Shown here in pieces: positions 10,904 through 22,187 of a stretch of DNA of 33,583 nt. The notes below the pieces were generated by a model that saw only the letters and a list, made by a program, of their open reading frames with translations, ran no database searches and was not told the origin of the DNA. The position numbers and the translations under genes were made by a program. How positions within the stretch are numbered: position 1 is the stretch's first letter; every line of letters begins with the position of its first letter. The stretch lies in contig QPMI01000683.1 in the NCBI GenBank assembly GCA_004431415.1, positions 1 to 33,583 of the forward strand, written 5' to 3'. Source of the DNA: Cyanophora paradoxa CCMP329 (lineage: Eukaryota > Plantae > Glaucophyta).

Positions 10904-11835
10904 CCAGGTACGCGGGGACCTTAGGGGAGGGAGAATCAACTTTCGGCCGACCACGTAGGCTTATAGAGGGCTTCAATACGAGTTTAAAAAGCATAGTCTC
11001 CGGTCCGGCAGATCACTTTTAGAGACGACTTCCTGGCACCGTTGCCGGGCCGCTGTGCCACGGGAATCGCTGCCGCGGGCGCGTTCTCTTATCCCGCGCA
11101 TTAATCTGCATCTAACCTCAATCCTGGAACTCGCAGATCTTGCAGGCGAGCTCTCAACGCGAAACGGCTGAGGAGCTCCGGGCGTTTCGGGTGCGCGCTC
11201 GCCAGGGCGGCGATTCCTCCCAAAATTTTCTTAGCGGAGGCAGCTCCTCTGAGGGAGTAGAGTACGGGGAACCGCCTTTCGACCCCCTTCCATTCCGTGA
11301 GGAGCTTCCTTTGCGGATCTTGCGCCAGGGCCAGGGCGCCGCTCTTAAGCCCCATCAATCATCTTAAATGTCTCTTCAATGCGCTTCTCACATATTTTTG
11401 CCTCCCAGATTGTCGGGGATCGATCTGGCGCCCTCGTGGAGGCCGTGGCGGTCGGGGACGGCGTGCGCCGCCTCCAGGTCCGCGGGGACCTTAGGGGGGG
11501 GAGAATCAACTTTCGGCCGACCACGTAGGCTTATAGAGGGCTTCAATACGAGTTTAAAAAGCATAGTCTCCGGTCCGGCAGATCACTTTTAGAGACGACT
11601 TCCTGGCACCGTTGCCGGGCCGCTGGGCCACGGGAATCGCTGCCGCGGTTCCGCTCTCTTTCCCCGCGCACTAGCCTGCATCTAATCTCGAGTTCTGCTT
11701 GTTCAGATTTCGCAGGCGAGATCCCCACGCGAAACGGCTGAGGAGCTGCGCGCTTTTCTGGTGCGCGCTCGCCAGACCGCGGCGCCGCTCTTAAGCTCTT
11801 TGCATAATCTCAAATGACTCTTCAATGCGCGCTTC
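10904..11835 (+). repeat. Internal direct duplication, 570-bp offset (10904-~11390 vs 11474-~11835)
   Basis: About 170 bp nearly identical (CGCGGGGACCTTAGGGG...GGAATCGCTGCCGCGG), then diverged; the second copy lacks ~125 bp. Confidence 0.9.
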
Positions 11836-13065
11836 GACGTGCTTCTAGATCGCCCGGTTCTGAACGCCCCCCGCCTGACCTTATTCTGACATTATTCTGA
11901 CACTATCCCCTAGGACGGACCTCCCGACCCGTCCCTGGCCACCGGAGGCGCGCCGGACCGCCGGAACTGCGCGGCCCGACGGCGACGGGTACGGGCAAGA
12001 GGCGCGTACCCCTACCGGGGGGTACATGATTTCTCAGTGACCGTCCTTCAGGTCCTCATTTCTCGGCACGGCGGCGGCGGCGGGCGGCTCCGCGCGGCTT
12101 CCCGTGCGCGTCTTGGCATGGCCAATCCACACGCCAAGCGCGGCGCCCGGCGCCGCAGCCAGCGAGGAGCGCGGGCCCGAGATCTCGCCTGGAGAACCCT
12201 CTGGGCCGCCGCGCTCCTCTGCGCCTCCCCTATTCCCGCGCGTGAGGATGCGCGGAGGTCGCTAGGATGATTCTTTGTCTAAATGTGCAGTAAACATGCA
12301 GCGCGATGGTCGCTTTCGGCACAGCGGGGCAGTTTTCGCACGCGCCGTCCCGCGGAGCGGCGCTGGGGGCTTCGCGGCTTCTATACGCATCTCTACTCGA
12401 TATAGAATGTCCGTGGCATGCTGCGCGCCGGGCGGGAGTTCCGGGGAATGCATTCCGCAGCGAAAAGTATATGCAGCCGGTTCAAATTTGGCGGCCTGCT
12501 GTGAACGCACCGGCTCATCTCCGGCTTCTGAAACTTGCATATTTGGAATCAGAAGCTTCAAAATAGGCTGGGTGCTTAATCCCAGGTCGATACGCGAAGA
12601 GGGCGCGATCCGCGACTCGGCCATGAACATGATGATGATCATGATGATGATTTGCATGACACGACATCAGCGGTTTACACTCGACCTGCGCATTTTACAT
12701 TTTACGAAAAACCATAAATATCCAGAAGGGTGTAGATGGGGGTTTTCGAGGGTGCCGAAGACGATGGGCGCGTTTCCGCGGCCAGCCGATTAAAGCCTGA
12801 ACCGGTATTCAAGATTCGCAGTAATGAGGGCCCCCTATTGCTCCTAGCGTCATTTCGCCCCGCCCGTTCGCAGCCAGCTTCTGCAGCTCCAAATATAAGT
12901 CATTCAGATGCTATTAAGAAATAATGCATGCTTGGAAGCCCGCTCGGAGTTCAAATCACGAGCCCCGCACCCCCTCGAGCCCTTGGCCCCCGCGTGCTCA
13001 GTCTGCAGATCAGCTAGCTTGGTTCAAATCGGTGCGGTGACAAGACATGGGGCCCGGGACGCGGG

Positions 13066-13172
13066 CTGGGGAAGAGAAGAGAGGGGGGGGGGGGGGGGAG
13101 GGAGGCGGGAGGGGAGGGGGAGGGGAGGGGAGGGGAAGGGAGCGGGCCGGGGGGGAGCGAATGGCGAGGGAG
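13066..13172 (+). repeat. G/A-rich polypurine tract (G-run and GGGGA repeats), G-quadruplex-capable
   Basis: Long G homopolymer from 13083 and repeated GGGGA units, just beyond the stop codon of the minus-strand cargo ORF. Confidence 0.8.
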
Positions 13173-13192
13173 GGCCGGGCTTCTAGAGCCTA

Positions 13193-14447
13193 CTACCGCC
13201 GGCGCTTCGGCGTGGCGGCGGCGCCCGCGAGGGCGGGGGCGGGGCGCTTGCCGTTGCGGGGCGCGGCGGGGGCATGGGAGGGGGCGCGGCGCTTGCCGTT
13301 GCGCGGCGCGGCGGGGCGGTGGGGCGCTCGAAGATCGCCTTGCGGTGATCGTCCCTGAGGCAGGTGCCCTCGGTCAGCGGGCCCGGCTCGCTGAAGCGGG
13401 ACGGGGGGCGGGCGTCGGCACTGGACGGCGCCGGCGAGACGGAGGCGCTGCGGGCGGCGGATCAGCTCCGCGGCCGGCGCGGGGGCGGGCGGGGCGGGGG
13501 CGCGGGCCTCGAGGGGCGGGCGTCGGGCGAGGGCGCCGTCCGCGCGGCCGCCGCTCGCGGGCGCGGCCGCGCGGCGTTGGAGGCTGCGCCCCGGGAGGCA
13601 GCGGCAGAAGGCCACCCTCGTACTCCTCGCTCCCCTCTCCAGGTCCGTCGTGGGGCTTGGGCGCCGTGGGCGGCTGAAATCTCATTCTCGGCGGCCCAGG
13701 CGCGGCCGTCGGCCGGTGGACGGGGTGCGCGCCGATCACGACGGCGCCCGGCAACACCGCTTTCACCGGCACCGCCGCCGCCGGCGGGGCGCGGCTGAGG
13801 AGCGGCGGCGGAGACGGCGAAGGAGAGGCGGCGGCGGCGCCCGCCCCGCCCCGCAGGAGCTGCTCCTCCAGCTCGCGGACCCGCCGGGTCAGGCGCTCGA
13901 TCTCCGTTCGGGACCCCTCGCAGCTGCCGCACGCCACGCCGATCGGTGCGCCGTCCATGCTCTTGCGCCGTCGCGGCGCCGGCGTCCCGGCGGCCCCGCT
14001 CTGACTGCCCGCCTGTTGCTCCGCATGCAGGCGCTGCTGCTCCCGGAGCAGCGCATTCGCCTCCCTCAGCAGCTCCTCCAGCGTCCGGACCCTGTTTTCC
14101 AGTGCGTGCGCCCTCCCCCGCGCCCCCTCCCATCCAGCGTTTAATGCGTTCGTCTGCTCCCGCAGCGTTTCGCATCCGGGGCAGCTCTTTCCCGCTCCGA
14201 GATGTTTCAGGAAAGCGTCGGCCGAATCTGTATAGGCTTCTCCGAACTCCGGCCCAGACAGCGGCGGGAAGAGGGAGAGCGGGGCCGCCGGGCTGGCTGC
14301 TGCAGCGGGCGGGCTCGCCGCGGGCCAGGAGTCGACGGGAGAGGTGTTCATGTCTGCGCGGCGGCGGCGGACGCGGCGGCGTCAGCAGGGCGCTCGGGGC
14401 GGCCGCGCGTGCGGGGCGAGGCCCGGGGCGGCCGCACCGAGGTCCAT
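13193..14447 (-). CDS. Cargo gene of the TIR element: two CxxC+coiled-coil modules, Pro/Ala-rich tail, basic C-terminus; probable frameshift in the 3' part
   Basis: ORF 13374-14351 has CPGC-ETLREQ...LEELLREAN and CGSC-EGSRTEIERLTRRVRELEEQL. Candidate first exon ATG GAC CTC G (14447-14438) plus an 84-bp GT..GCTGAC..CAG intron (14437-14354) joins in frame. An alternative frame ends RNGKRR...TPKRRR* at 13193. Confidence 0.55.
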
Positions 14448-15753
14448 GGGATCGTAGGGCACGTCGCTGCTGCTGTAGAGAGCGAGCTCCGTACCGCCAC
14501 GCTCGGGCGGGCTCTCTGCGCGCGGGCGGATCGAATCCTACACGCACGCGCTGCGCCGCCGGCGGGCTCACCGAAGTGCTGCGCGATGCCTCCGACGTTG
14601 CTGGGGCCCGCCGCGCTGCTGCTGCTGCTGGCGCTCGCGTGCTCCGCGCTGGGGCCCGCTGCGAGCGCTAGCGCGTGCGTGAGGCCGCGGCACGCGTGCG
14701 GCGCTGGAACGGGCGCCGCTCACGCAAGAACGATGCGCTCTGAGCCAGCATGAGGCACGGAAGCTCGATCTGGAGCGTGGAACTCGCTCCCGCTGCGTCT
14801 AAGTCAGGGCGGCGTGGCGGGAAGTCGACCTGGGGCCGTTCGCGACCCGAACAAGCGCGCGTACGTGGCTCTGATGCATACTGAGATGTTCCAGATGCTT
14901 CTGGAGCGGCTGGGGCGCCCGCCGGCCCCGCTCCCTGGAAATCTGCGTGTCGCTCCTCACGCATGGCAGACCCCCGGGAACTATCGATGAGACAAAGTCT
15001 AGTTAGATCACGAACCGCTCGTTTCACTAGCGTGTGCATGGGGATCTGCCATGGCTGACCCGGGCCAGCGCGCCTTCGCTCCCAACCGGCCCGCGGCCGC
15101 TTTCGAGGCGTTTGGTTGCTTCCCCTTGCGCTTCCCGGTTGGCTCCTTCATTGCCGCAAGTTGTTGCGAGCCTAGCTGCACGCTAGCTACGTGCTCGGCG
15201 GCGCGCGCCCGGCTTTGCTGTACCCTGTTTTTGGACTTCGCTAATCGTTTTTTTAGGGGTCTAGCAGACTCTTACGACAGTCCTGGGCATCATTCCGCGC
15301 GCCCACGCTGCGGCGCATGCGCGGAACTCTAGTATAAGCATCTGAGATGTAGAAGAAGCCTTCCGTACGCTTTCTAAATGCGCCGGGCCGCGACGACCCA
15401 GCCGACCCCGAACAATCGATCCTGGCAACTGCAGCGATTCCCCTAATAGCATAATTATATTCTCTCAGGAAATCTCCTCTCAGGACAATTGAACTCCTCC
15501 CAGAATTATATTCCCTCTCAGCAGCCCTCCCCTCCCCTCTCCCTGCCCCACCAACTCAAAGACAGCCACGACGGGCCGCGATGATTAAGGGGGACGCGAG
15601 GTGGGCCGCTGAGGCTTCGCCCGATGTTTGGGACCCGCAGGGGCCCAGGGCTTGGGTCGGCGAACGAAATTAACGGTCACGTCAGGGTCACATCCGTCCC
15701 GCGTGTTCGCCCGCTACCCATCCTGAATCAATTCACGCACTCACCTGCCAATT

Positions 15754-18564
15754 TCGGGCGAAGCCTCTTCGGGCGAAGCCTCTTCCGTTGATCGATGGTG
15801 AACGGCCCCATTTATTTTTTTTCCACTCGAATCCGATTGGTCCGAGCGTCCAGAGTCGCAACCTCCGCAATGAAGGCGAACGGTTTCGCATGTAACACAG
15901 TTGCCCGCGGAGGTTACATAGACGTGACATTTATTTTTGGACTCGAAGATCCCCTAAGACGACCGCTCTCCCGTGGGCGTCCCGCGAAAATCGAATTTCC
16001 CTCCAGGATCAATTCCGATATTTATACCCCGGGGCTCGATCGCGAAACTCCAAAAAGTGGGACCCGGTCCCGCCCGGTCCCGCGACGAAAGCGCGCCAGG
16101 GACGACCCAGAGCGGTCAGGATGACAGCCAACAGCGCGCGCATCGCTGCAAGCTCGATTTCGGCCGCCGTGGACGCTCCAGTCCGAAGAGTCGGCCGAAA
16201 TTTTGATCCAGCCAGTTCCGGCCGGTCCCACGACGCGCGCATTCGATGCGTACTGGCGCGCATAGACATAGCAGGACCTGCGCACTCCAGATATCCGCTT
16301 TTCGGAGCCGGAATAGCGCAGGAAGGTGCCCGATGGCAAAAATTCGATCCTGGACAGCCCCGGACATCTTTCCGCGCGCCCACGCCGCGGCGCATGCGCG
16401 GATCAATAGTATAAGCATTTGAGATGTAGCAGAAGCCTTCCGCACGGTCTCTAAATGCGCCGGGCCGCGAGGACCCAGCCGACCCCGAAAATTCGATCCT
16501 GGACGGACCTGCACATCTTTCCGCGCGCCCTCGCGTCCTCACCCACGCCCATCGCTACAGTATTCATTTGAAATCTAAACGAAGCCTTCTGCAAGCTCTG
16601 TGGCCGCGACAGAGCACGAGAACCCAGCCGACGCCAAATTTTCGATCCTGGACAGGCCTGCACATATTTCTGTGCGCCCTCGCCTCCGCAGCCCTGGACA
16701 TCGATCCTGTACGCATCCGAGATTCTGTTTAAGCGATTCATAAGCGGTGTGCATGCGCCTGGCCACTAGAACCTCGCCCCTCCCCTCGACAATCTCGTCT
16801 CAATTTCCTCAAGACCTCGCGATCGAGCTCAACTACAGCTAGCTGATTGGCAGATTATTATATACTCACCAATTCCCCTTATTCCATAATTATATTGTGT
16901 CATGGCAACTCCACTCAGGACAACTCCCCCCATAATTATATTCCCTCTCAGCAGCCCTCCCCTCCCCTCTCCTTGCCCCACCGACCCAGCAACAGCCACG
17001 ACGGGCCGCGATGATTAAGGGGGGCGCGAAGAGGGCCGCTGAGGCTTCGCCCGATGTTTGGGACCCGCAGGGGCCCAGGGCTTGTCCGTAGGTCGATGGT
17101 GAACGCCCGATTCTATTTTTTTTCCAATCGACTCCAATTGGTCCGAGCGTCCAGAGTCGCAACCTCCGCAATGAAGGCGAACGGTTTCGCATGTAACACA
17201 GTTGCCCGCGGAGGTTACATAGACGTGACATTTATTTTTGGACTCGAAGATCCCCTAAGACGACCGCTCTCCCGTGGGCGTCCCGCGAAAATCGAATTTC
17301 CCTCCAGGATCAATTCCGATATTTATACCCCGGGGCTCGATCGCGAAACTCCAAAAAGTGGGACCCGGTCCCGCCCGGTCCCGCGACGAAAGCGCGCCAG
17401 GGACGACCCAGAGCGGTCAGGATGACAGCCAACAGCGCGCGCATCGCTGCAAGCTCGATTTCGGCCGCCGTGGACGCTCCAGTCCGAAGAGTCGGCCGAA
17501 ATTTTGATCCAGCCAGTTCCGGCCGGTCCCACGACGCGCGCATTCGATGCATACTGGCGCGCATAGACAAAGCAGGACCTGCGCACTCCAGATATCCGCT
17601 TTTCGGAGCCGGAATAGCGCAGGAAGGTGCCCGATGGCAAAAATTCGATCCTGGACAGCCCCGGACATCTTTCCGCGCGCCCACGCCGCGGCGCATGCGC
17701 GGATCAATAGTATAAGCATTTGAGATGTAGCAGAAGCCTTCCGCACGGTCTCTAAATGCGCCGGGCCGCGAGGACCCAGCCGACCCCGAAAATTCGATCC
17801 TGGACGGACCTGCACATCTTTCCGCGCGCCCTCGCGTCCTCACCCACGCCCATCGCTACAGTATTCATTTGAAATCTAAACGAAGCCTTCTGCAAGCTCT
17901 GTGGCCGCGACAGAGCACGAGAACCCAGCCGACGCCAAATTTTCGATCCTGGACAGGCCTGCACATATTTCTGTGCGCCCTCGCCTCCGCAGCCCTGGAC
18001 ATCGATCCTGTACGCATCCGAGATTCTGTTTAAGCGATTCATAAGCGGTGTGCATGCGCCTGGCCACTAGAACCTCGCCCCTCCCCTCGACAATCTCGTC
18101 TCAATTTCCTCAGGACCTCGCGATCGAGCTCAACTACAGCTAGCTGATTGGCAGATTATTATATACTCACCAATTCCCCTTATTCCATAATTATATTGTG
18201 TCATGGCAACTCCACTCAGGACAACTCCCCCCATAATTATATTCCCTCTCAGCAGCCCTCCCCTCCCCTCTCCTTGCCCCACCGACCCAGCAACAGCCAC
18301 GACGGGCCGCGATGATTAAGGGGGGCGCGAGGTGGGCCGCTGAGGCTTCGCCCGATGTTTGGGACCCGCAGGGGCCCAGGGCTTGTCCGTAGGTCGATGG
18401 TGAACGCCCGATTCTATTTTTTTTCCAATCGACTCCAATTGGTCCGAGCGTCCAGAGTCGCAACCTCCGCAATGAAGGCGAACGGTTTCGCATGTAACAC
18501 AGTTGCCCGCGGAGGTTACATAGACGTGACATTTATTTTTGGACTCGAAGATCCCCTAAGACGA
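15754..18564 (+). mobile_element. Family-A copies: two stacked 5' ends (15754-15783), then bodies 15784-17084, 17085-18385 and a truncated 18386-18564 (1301-bp period)
   Basis: Near-identical units at an exact 1301 offset (ORF pairs 15973/17274 and 16890/18191). Complete bodies end GAGGCTTCGCCCGA-tgtt-TGGGACCCGCAGGGGCCCA hairpin-GGGCTTG|T. Confidence 0.88.
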
Positions 18565-19975
18565 CAAGCCCTGGGCCCCTGCGGGTCCCAAACATCGGGC
18601 GAAGCCTCAGCAGCCCACCTCGCGCCCCCCTTAATATTAATCATCGCGGCCCGTCGTGGCTGTCTTTGGGTCGGCGGGGCAGGGAGAGGGGAGGGGAGGT
18701 TTGGTACATAATTAATAAGAGGAGAATTAAGAGGAGCTCGAGGAGGCGCTGGGTCGGTGGGGCAGGGAGAGAGGCGGGGAGGGGTGCTGAGAGGGAATAT
18801 AATTATGGAAGGAGTTGTCTTGAGAGGAGTTGTGCCGAGAGAATATTATTATGTGATAAGGGGAATTGGTGCAGCTGAGAGAGAATATAATGAGGGGAGG
18901 AGTGGTGCTGCCAATCAGCTAGCTGTAGTTGAGCTCGAGGCCCTGAGGGAATTGAGAGGAGATTGTCGAGGGGACAGGCGAGGTTCTCGCGGCCAGGCGC
19001 ATGCGCAGAGCTTATAAATCGCTTAAACAGAATCTCGGATGCGTACAGGATCGATGTCCAGGGCTGTGGAGGCGAGCGCGCGCGGAAATATGTGCAGGCC
19101 TGTACATGTCCAGGATCGAAAATTTGGCGTCGGCTGGGTTCTCGTGCTCTGTCGCGGCCACAGAGCTTGCGGAAGGCTTTGTTTAGATCTCAAATGAATA
19201 CTGTAGCGATGGGCATGGATGAGGACGCGAGGGCGCGCGGAAAGATGTGCAGGTCCGTCCAGGATCGAATTTTCGGGGTCGGCAGGGTCGTCGCGGCCCG
19301 GCGCATTTAGAGACCGTTTGAAAGGCTTCTTCTACATCTCAAATGCTTATGCTATTGATCCGCGCATGCGCCGCGGCCTGGGAGCGCGGAAAGTTGCCCG
19401 GGGCTGTGCAGGATCGATTTTTTGCCATCGGGCACCTTCCTGCGCTCTTCCGGCTCCGAAAAGCGGATATCTGGAGTGCGCAGGCCCTGCTATGTCTATG
19501 CGCGCCAGTACGCATCGAATGCACGCGATGTTGGACCGGGAGGGACCGGCAGGATCATATTTTGGGCCGACTCGCTGGACTGGAGCTTCGAGGGCGGCCG
19601 AAATCGAGCTTGTCGCGATGCGCGCGCTCTTGGCTGTCATTCTGACCGCTCTGGGGCGTCCCTGGCGCGCTTTCGTTGCGGGACCGGGTCCCACTTTTTG
19701 GGGTTTCGCGATGGAACCCCGGGGTATAAATACCGGAATCGATCCATGAGGGAAATTCGATTTTCGCGCGACGTTGATGGGAGAGCGGTCCGGCGGGTAC
19801 CAGTCACGTCTATGTCACGTCGGAGACCGTTCGCCTTCATTGCGGAGGTTGCGAATCTGGACGCTCGGACGAATCGGACTCGAGTGGAAAAAAAATAAAT
19901 GGAAACGTTCACCATCGATTTACGGAAGAGGCTTCGCCCGGTTCACCATCGATTTACGGAAGAGGCTTCGCCCGA
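18565..19975 (-). mobile_element. Full-length family-A copy, inverted
   Basis: 3' end CAAGCCC at 18565; 5' end AGAGGCTTCGCCCGA ending at 19975, with a 34-bp tandem duplication of the 5' region (~19907-19974). Confidence 0.85.
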
Positions 19976-21429
19976 CAAGCCCTGGGCCCCTGCGGGTCCC
20001 AAACATCGGGCGAAGCCTCAGCGGCCCTCTTCGCGCCCCCTTAATCATCGCGGCCCGTCGTGGCTGTTGCTGGGTCGGTGGGGCAAAGAGAGGGGAGGCC
20101 TAGGGGAGGGGTGGTGAGAGGGAATATAATTATGGGAGCAGTTGTCCTGAGAGGAGCTGTCCTGAGAGAATATAATTATGAAATTACGGGAATTGGTGCA
20201 GGTGAGTTGGAATATAATGAGTGGAGGAGTGGTGCTGCCATGCAATCAGCTAGAGTATATAATTATGGGAGGAGTTTTCCTGAGATCTAGAGGAGCTGTG
20301 CTGAGAGAATTTAATAATGAAATTCGGTGTCCATGAGAGAGAAGAGCTGTCCCTGAGAGAGAGTATAATGAGGGGAGGAGTGGTGCTGCCAATCAGCTAG
20401 CTGTAGTTGAGCTCGAGGCCCTGAGGAAATTGAGAGGAGTTTGTTGAAGGGACGGGCGAGGTTCTCGCAGCCATGGCCAGGCGCATGCGCAGAGCTTGCG
20501 ACACGCTTAAACAGAGTGTCGAATTCATATAGTTTTGATGTGCAGGGCTGCGGAGGCGAGGGCACGCGGAAATATGTGCAGGCCTGTGCAGGATCGAAAT
20601 TTTAGCGTCGGCTGGGGTCTCGTGCTCTGTCGCGGCCACAGAGCTTGCGAAAGGCTTTAAGAAGCTCTCAAATGAATACTGTAGCGATGGGCATGGATGC
20701 GGACGCGAGGGCGTGCGGAAAGATGCACAGGTCCGTCCAGGATCGAATTTTCGGGGACGGCTGGGTCCTCGCGGCCCGTGGCATTTAGAGACCGTGCGAA
20801 AGTCTTCTTCTACATCTCAAATGCTTATACTATTGTTCCGCGCATGCATACACAGTTGCCTACGGACGTTACATTGACGTGACATTTATTTTTGGACTCG
20901 AGGTTCCTCTAAGACGACCGCTCTCCCGTGGGCGTCGCGCGAAATCGAATTTCCCTCCAGGATCAATTCCGATATTTATACCCCGGGGCTCGATCGCGAA
21001 ACTCCAAAAAGTGGGACCCGGTCCCGCCCGGTCCCGCGACGAAAGCGCGCCAGGGACGACCCAGAGCGGTCAGGATGACAGCCAACAGCGCGCGCATCGC
21101 TGCAAGCTCGATTTCGGCCGCCGTGGACGCTCCAGTCCGAAGAGTCGGCCGAAAGTTTGATCCTGCCGGTTCCGGCCGGTCCCGCGACGCATGCATTCGA
21201 TGCGTACTGGCGCGCATAGACATAGCAGGGCCTGCGCACTCCAGATATCCGCTTTTCGGAGCCGGAATAGTGAAGGCAGATGTCCGACAGCAAAAATTCG
21301 ATCCTGTTCAATCCTGCACAGTCCTGGGCATCATTCCGCGCGCCCACGCTGCGGCGCATGCGCGGATCGCATGCGCGCAAAAATAAATGGGGCCGTTCAC
21401 CATCGACCAACGGAAGAGGCTTCGCCCGA
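19976..21429 (-). mobile_element. Family-A copy, inverted, with an internal ~520-bp inversion (20850-21368)
   Basis: 3' end at 19976 is head-to-tail with the neighbouring copy; 5' end at 21415-21429; the middle segment is in plus orientation. Confidence 0.75.
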
Positions 21430-22147
21430 TGAGGGGATCCCGGAGGAGTGGTGCTGCCAATCAGCTAGCTGTAGTTGAGCTCGAGGCCCTGAGGAAATTG
21501 AGAGGAGATTGTTGAGGGGACGGGCGAGGTTCTCGCAGCCATGGCCAGGCGCATGCGCAGAGCTTGCGACACGCTTAAACAGAGTGTCGAATTCATATAG
21601 TTTTGATGTGCAGGGCTGCGGAGGCGAGGGCACGCGGAAATATGTGCAGGCCTGTGCAGGATCGAAATTTTAGCGTCGGCTGGGTTCTCGTGCTCTGTCG
21701 CGGCCACAGAGCTTGCGAAAGGCTTTAAGAAGCTCTCAAATGAATACTGTAGCGATGGGCATGGATGCGGACGCGAGGGCGTGCGGAAAGATGCACAGGT
21801 CCGTCCAGGATCGAATTTTCGGGGACGGCTGGGTCCTCGCGGCCCGGCGCATTTAGAGACCGTGCGAAAGTCTTCTTCTACATCTCAAATGCTTATACTA
21901 TTGTTCCGCGCATGCGCCGCGGCGTGGGAGGAGTTTGTTGAGGGGACGGGCGAGGTTCTCGCAGCCATATGCATGGCCAGGCGCATGCGCAGAGCTTGCG
22001 ACACGCTTAAACAGAGTGTCGAATTCATATAGTTTTGATGTGCAGGGCTGCGGAGGCGAGGGCACGCGGAAATATGTGCAGGCCTGTGCAGGATCGAAAT
22101 TTTAGCGTCGGCTGGGTTCTCGTGCTCTGTCGCGGCCACAGAGCTTG
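21430..22147 (-). repeat. Two partial internal fragments of family A (21444-21925, 21927-22147)
   Basis: Near-identical to 20376-20847. Confidence 0.85.
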
Positions 22148-22187
22148 TCTAACCGACACGACGATGCGCAGAGAAGTGCGCCACACG

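Larger units (their letters stand above)
9727..15276. mobile_element. Non-autonomous TIR DNA transposon, 5550 bp, superfamily unassigned
   Basis: Perfect 35-bp inverted repeat GTAAGAGTCTGCTAGACCCCTAAAAAAACGATTAG at 9728-9762 and 15241-15275. ACA is duplicated at 9724-9726 and 15277-15279; the empty site ATCCTGC-ACA-GTCCTGGG is at 21311-21328. No transposase recognised. Confidence 0.92.
9077..15654 (+). mobile_element. Family-A Helitron2/Helentron-like copy (internally deleted), split by the TIR element
   Basis: Body at 9092-9726 and 15277-15654; 3' inverted repeat GAGGCTTCGCCCGA at 15611-15624; end GGGCTTG at 15654. The uninterrupted insertion site is seen at 21311-21330. Confidence 0.8.

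Noticed and set aside
10904-11835. Direct repeats as LTRs
   Set aside because: They are adjacent with no internal region, and there are no TG...CA ends, PBS or PPT.
17041-17084. 3' hairpin region of A as a hammerhead or HDV ribozyme (retrozyme or Penelope-like repeat)
   Set aside because: No CUGANGA/GAAA core or HDV pseudoknot could be identified by eye; the pairing is explained by the asymmetric inverted repeat and terminal hairpin.
15733-22139. Numerous 60-180-aa ORFs in the repeats (also 9103-9850 and 27031-33524)
   Set aside because: They are translations of non-coding repeat units; frames are not conserved between copies and no domains are recognisable.
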